Below, piece by piece: positions 56,074 to 64,000 of a stretch of 64,000 nucleotides of DNA (the first letter of the stretch is position 1; each line of letters opens with the position of its first letter). The notes below the pieces were generated by a model. It made no database searches, had not been told where the DNA came from, and worked only from the letters and a program-made list of their open reading frames with translations. A program made the position numbers and the translations under genes. Source of the DNA: a bacterium (lineage in GTDB: Bacteria > Zhuqueibacterota > Zhuqueibacteria > Oceanimicrobiales > Oceanimicrobiaceae); NCBI GenBank assembly GCA_046757165.1, contig JBHHXT010000002.1, forward strand, positions 1 to 64,000. Reading direction: 5' to 3'.

Positions 56074-56961
56074 ATGACCGTATACCACAACACGCCAGAC
56101 GCCCCGTCTGTGTGCATCGAAAAGAGCGTAGCCCTCGCGTTGGAAGAGGACCTCGCGCAGATCGGGGATTTGACCTCTCAGTCTCTCCTGGATTCAAAGG
56201 TGCGAGGCCGCGCGATCATTATTGCCAGGCAGGAGGGGGTGTTTGCCGGCGGCCAGGTCGCCAGGCGGGTATTCGAAAAACTCGACCCGCAACTGTCGGT
56301 TCGGTTGGCTGTCTCAGATGGCGACATCGTCAAGAAGGCGGAGCGGCTGTTGACCGTTGAAGGGAGTGTCGTCAGCATCTTGAGTGCGGAACGAACGGTC
56401 TTGAATTTTTTGCAGAGACTTTGCGGCGTGGCCACGTTGACAGCTCGCTTCGTTGGCAGGGTGGAGGGCACCGGAGCGACGATCCTGGATACGAGAAAAA
56501 CCACGCCCGGATTGCGATTGCTGGAAAAACACGCCGTGCGCATGGGGGGTGGGAAGAACCACAGAGTCGGGTTGTTCGACATGGTTTTGATCAAGGAGAA
56601 TCACATCCTGGCGGCAGGAGGGCTAACAAATGCTGTTCGCAAAATAACGGACAGTCTGAGTGAGAAAGAGGTGCAGGTGAAGATCGAGGTAGAGGTGTCA
56701 AATCCAGAGCAAGTCAGAGAAGCCCTGCGGCTGGCCATTGACCGTGTGATGCTCGACAACATGTCCCTCGAACAGATTCGGGAGGCAGTAAACATCATCG
56801 ATGGCAGAATTGAGACCGAGGTCTCCGGCGGCGTGACATTGGAAACCGTTCGACACATTGCTGAGACCGGCGTCGATTACATATCGGTCGGGGCGTTGAC
56901 GCACTCGGCACCGGCTTTGGATTTGTCTCTGCTCCTGACAGAAGGAAATGGGTCGGAATGA
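56074..56961 (+). CDS. nadC: quinolinate phosphoribosyltransferase
   Basis: AERTVLN, DTRKTTPG, NHR, IKENH, MLDN and SVGALTHS. Start uncertain (56047/56062/56074); a TTGATT-17-TAAAGT promoter at 56016-56044 favours a later start. Confidence 0.95.
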   Translation: MTVYHNTPDAPSVCIEKSVALALEEDLAQIGDLTSQSLLDSKVRGRAIIIARQEGVFAGGQVARRVFEKLDPQLSVRLAVSDGDIVKKAERLLTVEGSVVSILSAERTVLNFLQRLCGVATLTARFVGRVEGTGATILDTRKTTPGLRLLEKHAVRMGGGKNHRVGLFDMVLIKENHILAAGGLTNAVRKITDSLSEKEVQVKIEVEVSNPEQVREALRLAIDRVMLDNMSLEQIREAVNIIDGRIETEVSGGVTLETVRHIAETGVDYISVGALTHSAPALDLSLLLTEGNGSE

Positions 56962-57374
56962 TCAAAAAAATCGACCACATTGGAATCGCTGTTGCCGACC
57001 TCGAGGCGGCGATGAAAACGTATGAGCAGCTGACCGGCAAGGGCAGTGCTCACAAAGAGACCGTCGTAGAACAACAAGTCATTACTGCATTCGTTGCCGT
57101 CGGTGAAGTCCGACTTGAACTTTTGAAGGGCATCTCGCCGAACTCGATCATCTCGAGATTTGTGGAAAAAAGGGGGGAAGGCGTGCACCACATTTGCTTT
57201 GAGGTCGAAGACCTGGAGAAAACCAGAGTGGCCTTGACCGCTGCCGGCATGCAATTTGTCGAGAATGTTTCCAGCCGTGGTGCAGGGGGGAGTAAAGTGG
57301 CCTTTATCCATCCCAAAAGCACCAGCGGTGTTCTGGTGGAGTTAGTGGAATACCCGCAAGCCCCGCAAACGTAG
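56958..57374 (+). CDS. mce: methylmalonyl-CoA epimerase
   Basis: IDHIGIAV, GEGVHHICFEV and FIHPKSTSGVLVELVE. Confidence 0.92.
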   Translation: MIKKIDHIGIAVADLEAAMKTYEQLTGKGSAHKETVVEQQVITAFVAVGEVRLELLKGISPNSIISRFVEKRGEGVHHICFEVEDLEKTRVALTAAGMQFVENVSSRGAGGSKVAFIHPKSTSGVLVELVEYPQAPQT

Positions 57375-57375
57375 T

Positions 57376-59226
57376 ATGACGTCCCTAGCATCAGCGTCAC
57401 TGCAAAAAAAACTCGATACGCTTCCCAGGAATCCCGGGTGTTACTTGTTCAAAGATAGCAACCAGAGGATTATCTACATCGGCAAGGCCAAGGTGCTCCG
57501 GCATCGCGTGCGGTCGTATTTCCAGGGAGGGCGGCTGGAAGGACCGAAGTTGTACCGGCTGAAATCCAGGATTGCGGACCTCGAGACCATTGTGACCGAT
57601 ACCGAAATGGAAGCCTTGATCCTCGAGATGAATCTGATCAAGGAATATAAACCTCGCTACAATGTTAATTTAAAGGATGACAAAAGTTACCCCTATATTC
57701 GGGTCACTAACGAGCGTTTTCCGCGCATCTTTCCAACCAGAAAAATTGTTCAGGATGGGTCTCGCTATTTTGGGCCGTACACCGATGTCGGGGCCATGCG
57801 CACCCTGCTGAAATCCGTAAAACGGATATTTCCGGTGCGGAGCTGTAATTATGATCTCACGGAAGAAGCCGTCGCGTGCAAGAAACATAAACTCTGCCTC
57901 GATTATCATATCAAGAAATGTGATGGCCCGTGTGAGGATCTGGTGAGCGTGCAAGACTACGACAAAATGGTCAACCAGATTGTGGGGTTCATCAACGGAA
58001 AAAACAACCAGGTTGTCACCGAGCTAAAAGAGAAAATGCTCAATCTCTCGACAACACTACGATATGAACAGGCGGGCAGGGTTCGCGACCAAATCCGCTT
58101 CATCGAGAACTTTCAGTACAGGCAGAAAGTTGTCACAGACGAATTGACCGATCGCGACATCATCGCGCTTGCTATGGAAGATGCCGATGCCTGCGGCGTG
58201 GTCTTCAAAGTGCGCGACGGGAAGATTATAGGGCGACAGCATTTCTACCTGAACGGGGTGGAGGAGGAGCCCTTTGAGCACGTCGTTTCCGCTTTTGTCA
58301 AGCACTTCTATCTCAAATCCGAATTCGTTCCGCAGGAGATCTATCTCCCGGTCGCCATCCATGACGGTGAGGAGGTGCAGAGCTGGCTTTCAGAGAAACG
58401 CGGCAAGAAAGTCAAACTGGTGATTCCGCAAAGGGGACAAAAAGCCAAAATCGTTGAGATGGCTTTGCAGAACGCGAATTGGCTGCTCAACGAGTTACGA
58501 CTGCAGAAGGTGAAAGCGCGGGATGCCCTCGAGCATAACGTGAAAGCCTTGCAGAGGGACTTACGTCTGCGGCACCCCCCACGAAGAATCGAATGTTTTG
58601 ACATCTCGAACATCCAGGGCACGGACCCGGTCGCTTCAATGGTTACGTTCGTCAATGGCAAACCGAAAAAGAGCGACTACCGCAAATTCAAAATTCACGG
58701 CAAAGACACACCAGATGATTTTGCCATGATGGCTGAAGCCATTCGCAGACGGTATAGCGGATCGTTGACTGAAAAGATGGCGAACCCGGATTTGATTCTG
58801 GTCGATGGCGGCAAAGGACAACTGTCCACGGCGGTGGGGGTTCTGCGGGAATTGAGCCTCCATGACCAGCCGATCGCAGCACTGGCGAAGCGTTTGGATG
58901 AAGTCTTCATCCCCGGGTCACCTGACGCTCAAAACATCCCGAAGACCTCATCCGGTCTCAAGCTTCTGCAGCAGATTCGGGATGAGGCGCACCGGTTTGC
59001 CGTCACCTACCATCGCACGCTGCGAAAAAAGCGCACCCTGCAGTCCGAGCTTGATACCGTTGCTGGGGTCGGCCCTGCAAGGAGAACGGCTTTGCTGAAG
59101 TACTTTGGCTCAGTGAAGCAGATCAAAGAGGCGACCGTAGACGAGCTCGAGATGGTGGAGAGCATTCCGACAGAAATGGCCCGGAGAATCTGGGAGCATT
59201 TTCATATCCTGAAGAAACGAATATAG
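57376..59226 (+). CDS. uvrC: excinuclease ABC subunit C
   Basis: GIY-YIG (PGCY...IYIGKAK), IECFDISN, VDGGKGQ, IRDEAHRFA and a HhH tail. Confidence 0.97.
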   Translation: MTSLASASLQKKLDTLPRNPGCYLFKDSNQRIIYIGKAKVLRHRVRSYFQGGRLEGPKLYRLKSRIADLETIVTDTEMEALILEMNLIKEYKPRYNVNLKDDKSYPYIRVTNERFPRIFPTRKIVQDGSRYFGPYTDVGAMRTLLKSVKRIFPVRSCNYDLTEEAVACKKHKLCLDYHIKKCDGPCEDLVSVQDYDKMVNQIVGFINGKNNQVVTELKEKMLNLSTTLRYEQAGRVRDQIRFIENFQYRQKVVTDELTDRDIIALAMEDADACGVVFKVRDGKIIGRQHFYLNGVEEEPFEHVVSAFVKHFYLKSEFVPQEIYLPVAIHDGEEVQSWLSEKRGKKVKLVIPQRGQKAKIVEMALQNANWLLNELRLQKVKARDALEHNVKALQRDLRLRHPPRRIECFDISNIQGTDPVASMVTFVNGKPKKSDYRKFKIHGKDTPDDFAMMAEAIRRRYSGSLTEKMANPDLILVDGGKGQLSTAVGVLRELSLHDQPIAALAKRLDEVFIPGSPDAQNIPKTSSGLKLLQQIRDEAHRFAVTYHRTLRKKRTLQSELDTVAGVGPARRTALLKYFGSVKQIKEATVDELEMVESIPTEMARRIWEHFHILKKRI

Positions 59227-59250
59227 CAAGGGCCAGGGACACCACATACT

Positions 59251-60645
59251 ATGTCACACCGCCTCTTATTGTATCTGTCGATGCTCCTCATGCCGGCCTC
59301 GCTGTTCGCCTTGGGCGATAAAGATTATGACCCCACCACCCTGGTGTTTCCTTCCTTCTTGCACACGATGGGGATTCGAAAAGCCACAAAGATGCACTTG
59401 ATGATCTACACCCGAAACCGGGTAAAGGTCAGGAATCCGCAGGGCATCGCTGTCGTGCGTCTTACGAGCTGGGATGATCCCAACAAGAAGAAGGATGATG
59501 ACGAGGTGACCGGCTATGGCGTGAATGCCGGTGAAAACATCATCGTGTACAACAAATCGATGACCTCGCTCGGCTTTTACGGCAAGAATGAGACTGGCAT
59601 CAAGAAACTCAACCATCCGACTGGCATCACGGCGAATGCCCGCGGAGATGTCTACGTCGCCGACACCGGCAATCATCGAATTGTCCGGCTCTTCAACCCG
59701 AAGCAAGCGCTGAATTTCGTGCGGGCGATCGGAGGGAGGGGAGCGCTGCCAGGCCAGTTCATGGCACCGCAGGGGATTGCTATGGATTCCCACGATATGG
59801 TTTATGTGAGTGACACGGGCAACCAACGGATCCAGGTTCTGAGACCGGATGACCAGCTCCATCTCTGGTTCGGAGATCAGGGCGTCGAGGATGGGCAGTT
59901 GTGGCACCCAGCAGGTATCGCGGTCACCAACGGCAAAGAAAGGTGGTCTCACTTCAAGGATGCGTTCATCGTGGTGGTGGATTTGGATGGCAAGCGGCTG
60001 CAGAAGTTCACCCTCGACGGCATGTTTGTCCGCGGTGTGCGCCTGTCGGATTTGAAGCTTGACGAGGGCAGATTTGCCTACCTCGCCCTCGATTATTACA
60101 GTAACGTCTGGGTGACCGACACGGTCAACCACTGCATCCACAAATTTGACCGCGAGCTGAACTACCTGACCACCTTCGGGCGCAAAGGCCATGGGGACAA
60201 GGAATTTGACGAGCCGCGTGGCATGGCGATCTACAAACGATTTGGGCAGGTCTTTGTCGCAGAGAAAGAGTCAGCCCAATATTATTGGATTGGAACCGAC
60301 ATTCTCGATTTTGAGGCCAAACAGGATACAGTGGCCCGGTGGGTTGAGCTCAGTTTTTTTCTCACTGAACCTTCATATCTCACCTTGACGGTGCGGGATG
60401 AAAAAAACAAAGGAGAGATAACGGTTTTCAAACGGGCGAAGTTTTTCACCGGCCAACAATCTGTTTTGCTCGGCGGCAACTGGCAACGAATGAGCAGCTC
60501 AGGGACCCAACCTCACGACGGCAGCGGACCTGATTTGGAACCCATGAAGTCAGGACGATATCGCCTCGAGCTGAAGGTGGAACCGACCTATTCGTCAATC
60601 AACTATTTCGCCAAAAATGTTGAAACTTCACTAGCAATTCCTTAG
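59251..60645 (+). CDS. exported NHL-repeat protein
   Basis: Signal peptide, repeated PxGI...VYVADTGNHRI units and an Ig-like C-terminus. Confidence 0.85.
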   Translation: MSHRLLLYLSMLLMPASLFALGDKDYDPTTLVFPSFLHTMGIRKATKMHLMIYTRNRVKVRNPQGIAVVRLTSWDDPNKKKDDDEVTGYGVNAGENIIVYNKSMTSLGFYGKNETGIKKLNHPTGITANARGDVYVADTGNHRIVRLFNPKQALNFVRAIGGRGALPGQFMAPQGIAMDSHDMVYVSDTGNQRIQVLRPDDQLHLWFGDQGVEDGQLWHPAGIAVTNGKERWSHFKDAFIVVVDLDGKRLQKFTLDGMFVRGVRLSDLKLDEGRFAYLALDYYSNVWVTDTVNHCIHKFDRELNYLTTFGRKGHGDKEFDEPRGMAIYKRFGQVFVAEKESAQYYWIGTDILDFEAKQDTVARWVELSFFLTEPSYLTLTVRDEKNKGEITVFKRAKFFTGQQSVLLGGNWQRMSSSGTQPHDGSGPDLEPMKSGRYRLELKVEPTYSSINYFAKNVETSLAIP

Positions 60646-60654
60646 ATTTTTGTC

Positions 60655-62880
60655 ATGCCCGAGCCAGAAGTAAACCTCGAGTTAGCCAAAGACCACGGGT
60701 TGACGCAGGCAGAATATCAACGCATCCTGGAAATTTTGGGACGCACGCCAACCTTCACGGAGCTCGGTATTTTCTCGGTGATGTGGTCTGAGCATTGTAG
60801 TTACAAGAACTCCATCGCGATGCTGCGTAAGCTTCCCAGAGAGGGCCAGCATCTGCTTGTGAAAGCAGGCGAGGAGAACGCCGGCCTGATCGATATCGGG
60901 GATGGCCTCGCCGTGGCGTTCAAGATTGAAAGCCACAATCATCCCTCCGCAGTCGAGCCGTACCAGGGGGCCGCCACCGGCGTCGGCGGAATCCTGCGCG
61001 ACATTTTCAGCATGGGAGCGCGGCCCATTGCGGCGCTGAATTCTCTGAGATTCGGCAGCCTGGACGATGCCAGGGTGCGATATCTCTTCAATGGTGTGGT
61101 CAAAGGAATTGGAGATTATGGCAACTGTTTCGGTGTTCCGACCGTCGCGGGGGAGGTCTATTTTGACGAGAGCTACGAGGGCAATCCCCTGGTGAACTGC
61201 ATGGCGGTGGGCATTGTCAAGCATGGCCGCATCGCCAAAGCGATCGCCACAGACCCGGGGGCTGTGGTGATGCTGGTTGGCGCGTCGACAGGCCGGGACG
61301 GCATTCACGGCGCGACCTTCGCCTCTGAAGAAATCAGTGACGCCTCCGAGGAGCGTCGCCCGCAAGTGCAAGTGGGGGACCCGTTCACTGAAAAACTGTT
61401 ACTTGAAGCCTCTTTGGAGATGATCAAAAAGGGGCTCTTGATCGGAATTCAGGACATGGGCGCAGCCGGAATCACGTGTTCAACCAGCGAGATGACGGCA
61501 AAGGGCAACTGCGGCATGGTCGTTGATCTCGATCGCGTGTCAACGCGCGAAGCAGGGATGACGCCTTACGAGATTCTCCTTTCAGAGTCGCAAGAACGCA
61601 TGCTGGTGGTGGTGCAGAAAGGCAAGGAACAGGCGGTCAAGGCGACTTGTCACAAATGGGATTTGGCCTGCGAAGAGATCGGCAGGGTGGTCGAAGGAGC
61701 GAATCTGACGATCACCTGGAAAGGCGAAACCGTGGTTGACATTCCAGCCGGGACGCTCGTGTTGGGAGGAGGCGCCCCGGTCTACGAGCGCGAGAGCCGC
61801 AAACCAGCGTATCTTGACCGGCTGCATGCGTTGGACGTGGGCCGCCTGCCCGAACCCGACGACCATCTCGTGGTTCTGAAAAAGCTCCTGGCCTCGCCAA
61901 ACATTTCCAGCAAAGCCTGGGTGTTTCAGCAATACGACCACATGGTGCGTTCAAACACGGTCGTCCTTCCAGGCTCGGATGCCGCGGTGATTCGCATTAA
62001 GGGAACAAACCGTGCGCTGGCGATGAAGACAGATTGTAACGGAAGATACGTCTATCTCAACCCCAGAACAGGCGCCAGCATCGCCGTTGCCGAATCCGCA
62101 CGCAATGTGGTCTGCGCTGGCGCGAGACCCGTGGCGATTACCAATTGTCTCAACTTTGGCAATCCATACAAGCCTGAAATCTATTGGCAATTCAAAGAAG
62201 CCGTGCTGGGCATCGCAGCTGCATGCAACGCTTTGGGCACACCCGTCACAGGTGGCAACGTCAGCTTTTACAATGAAAACCCAAAAGGTGCGGTCTATCC
62301 GACGCCTGTCATCGGCATGCTTGGCGTGGTCGATGATATCAAACATGTGACCACGGCCTGGTTCAAAAGGGCAGGCCATGTCATCGTTCTGCTCGGACAA
62401 AACAAGGGCGAAATCGGAGCCAGTGAGTACCTCGCCGTGCAACATGACCAGGTTGGCGGCGCGTGTCCTTCGCTCGATCTGGACCTGGAGAAACGGCTAC
62501 AGACCTGCTGCCTGGCGGCAATCACGGCCGGTCTGCTCCAGTCGGCACATGACCTCTCGGAGGGCGGGATAGCCGTGGCCCTGGCTGAAAGCTGTTTTCT
62601 CGACCCAGAACGAAATTGGGGCGCCAAAGTCGAGCTGGCGATGACAGCGCGAAGCGATTTTGTCCTGTACGGAGAGGATCAATCTCGAATCCTGGTTTCG
62701 CTCGAACAAAAAGATGTGACCCGCCTGCAGGACCTGGCCAACGACCATGGAATCCGCATGACTATTCTCGGGCATGTGACAGAAGATAGTTCTCTACGCA
62801 TAAACAGGTTGGTAGAGGCCAGCGTGGAAGAGCTGGAATTCATCTACGGTCATGCAATACGATCGAAAATGGAGGGGTAG
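60655..62880 (+). CDS. purL: phosphoribosylformylglycinamidine synthase subunit PurL (small type)
   Basis: [33 protein letters not shown] and GGNVSFYN. Confidence 0.97.
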   Translation: MPEPEVNLELAKDHGLTQAEYQRILEILGRTPTFTELGIFSVMWSEHCSYKNSIAMLRKLPREGQHLLVKAGEENAGLIDIGDGLAVAFKIESHNHPSAVEPYQGAATGVGGILRDIFSMGARPIAALNSLRFGSLDDARVRYLFNGVVKGIGDYGNCFGVPTVAGEVYFDESYEGNPLVNCMAVGIVKHGRIAKAIATDPGAVVMLVGASTGRDGIHGATFASEEISDASEERRPQVQVGDPFTEKLLLEASLEMIKKGLLIGIQDMGAAGITCSTSEMTAKGNCGMVVDLDRVSTREAGMTPYEILLSESQERMLVVVQKGKEQAVKATCHKWDLACEEIGRVVEGANLTITWKGETVVDIPAGTLVLGGGAPVYERESRKPAYLDRLHALDVGRLPEPDDHLVVLKKLLASPNISSKAWVFQQYDHMVRSNTVVLPGSDAAVIRIKGTNRALAMKTDCNGRYVYLNPRTGASIAVAESARNVVCAGARPVAITNCLNFGNPYKPEIYWQFKEAVLGIAAACNALGTPVTGGNVSFYNENPKGAVYPTPVIGMLGVVDDIKHVTTAWFKRAGHVIVLLGQNKGEIGASEYLAVQHDQVGGACPSLDLDLEKRLQTCCLAAITAGLLQSAHDLSEGGIAVALAESCFLDPERNWGAKVELAMTARSDFVLYGEDQSRILVSLEQKDVTRLQDLANDHGIRMTILGHVTEDSSLRINRLVEASVEELEFIYGHAIRSKMEG

Positions 62881-62922
62881 CACATCCGCTTCGTAACAAC
62901 TGCGTTCAACTGAGGAGGTACT

Positions 62923-64000
62923 TTGCAACCACGTTCGAAATCTGCACCCGACCCCATTCAAACGGTCTCAATCAATCAAGGAAAGCTGACGATTCAGGAC
63001 ATCGTCGATGTCGCACGCCACTTTGCTGGCGTCGAGCCCTTTCGGGGGCCTCGAAGAAAAAAAACTGAGAAAGTCAGACGTTTCGTGGAGGAACATTGGT
63101 TTAGCGATTCCGCGCCACCACGGTATGGATTCAACACCGGAATCGGCTCTTTGAAGAGTGTCCGGATCGCTCGCAACAAGATCGAGAAGTTTCAGGAACT
63201 TTACATCAAATCGCATTGCGTGGGAGTCGGCAGACCTTTGGATACTGAAATCGTTCGGGCGGCCATGTTACTGCAGGCAAATGCCCTGTCCAGGGGCTAT
63301 TCCGGAATCCGGCCGATCATCGTCGATAAACTGATTGAAATGCTCAACAAGAGAATCCATCCAGTTGTGCCCGAGCACGGCTCCCTGGGCGCCAGTGGCG
63401 ATCTCGCCCCACTTACTCACATCGCTTCTGTTCTGGTCGGGGAGGACGAGGCCGAGCTCTGGCAGGGCGAGCAGCGCATGCGGCTGAAAGATATCAAGGA
63501 TTCGAGTCAGGACTTGCACCTCGAGCTGGGCGGAGAGACGGTTGAGTTTCAACCGATTCGATTGCAGGGCAAGGAAGCCATCTCTTTGACGAATGCGACG
63601 ACCTTCATGTTGGCACTCGGCGTGTTGCTGACGCATGATGCAGAGATTCTGCTCAAGAGCGCCGACATCGCGGCCGCCCTCTCCCTGGAGGCTATGATGT
63701 GCAAAAAAGACGCTTTCTGCGAACCGCTGCACGACCTGCGAAACCAGACGGGGCAAATCAATACGGCGGCCAACCTGCGCAACTTGACCGACGGCAGTCA
63801 CCGAATGACGCCGGAGGCCCGGCAGGCTTATTTTGAAACCAGCACTGCCCGGCAGCTGAAGACAACCCTGTCCGGACAGGAAGACCAAGAGACAATTCAG
63901 TTGATAACCAGATACAAGGTGGAGCACGAATTCGAGAAGCACCGCGTGCAGGACGCTTATTCTCTGCGATGTGTACCACAAGTCCATGGCGCGTGCAAAG
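62923..64000 (+). CDS. hutH: histidine ammonia-lyase family protein (3' end beyond window)
   Basis: GAGGAGG Shine-Dalgarno then TTG 62923. YGFNTG, KSHCVG (HAL-type SH), GSLGASGDLAPL (MIO) and RVQDAYSLRCVPQVHG. Confidence 0.85.
   Translation, partial: MQPRSKSAPDPIQTVSINQGKLTIQDIVDVARHFAGVEPFRGPRRKKTEKVRRFVEEHWFSDSAPPRYGFNTGIGSLKSVRIARNKIEKFQELYIKSHCVGVGRPLDTEIVRAAMLLQANALSRGYSGIRPIIVDKLIEMLNKRIHPVVPEHGSLGASGDLAPLTHIASVLVGEDEAELWQGEQRMRLKDIKDSSQDLHLELGGETVEFQPIRLQGKEAISLTNATTFMLALGVLLTHDAEILLKSADIAAALSLEAMMCKKDAFCEPLHDLRNQTGQINTAANLRNLTDGSHRMTPEARQAYFETSTARQLKTTLSGQEDQETIQLITRYKVEHEFEKHRVQDAYSLRCVPQVHGACK

Noticed and set aside
63268..63987. 239-aa minus-strand ORF at the window end
   Set aside because: It is antisense to the hutH-like frame, which the ORF track missed because it has no stop inside the window.

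Overview
Bacterial chromosomal window of roughly 55% GC by eye. The gene repertoire suggests a diderm of the FCB-adjacent KSB1/Calditrichota type; this is inference only. From left to right it contains: (i) an accessory small-molecule-modification cluster (MBL hydrolase, three SAM methyltransferases, a nucleotidyltransferase, a GNAT); (ii) a minus-strand uxaB-eda-kdgK hexuronate unit; (iii) a ~16-kb aromatic amino acid supraoperon (trpEGDCFBA, chorismate mutase, aroF, tyrA, aroA, aroE, aroC, aroK, aroQ) behind a sigma70-type promoter and an unannotated 30-aa leader peptide with a YYGFWHWHYY core and a complete attenuator; (iv) lon and an outer-membrane barrel-TPR fusion; (v) a candidate structured RNA and an output-less REC-PAS-GAF-GAF protein; (vi) an RsbV/RsbW/RsbU-type partner-switching cluster; (vii) housekeeping genes (mltG, uvrD/pcrA, nadC, mce, uvrC, purL, partial hutH) and an ECF sigma / ZAS anti-sigma / VIT-vWA trio. 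Many gene junctions carry small inverted-repeat elements built from 7-10-nt periodic units. One still holds an internally deleted four-helix-bundle gene and has an empty twin on the other side of eda. TrpF carries a ~60-aa insert and AroQ is fused to an fRMsr-type GAF domain. No rRNA, tRNA or CRISPR array was seen. All family calls come from motif recognition by eye; no database searches were run.
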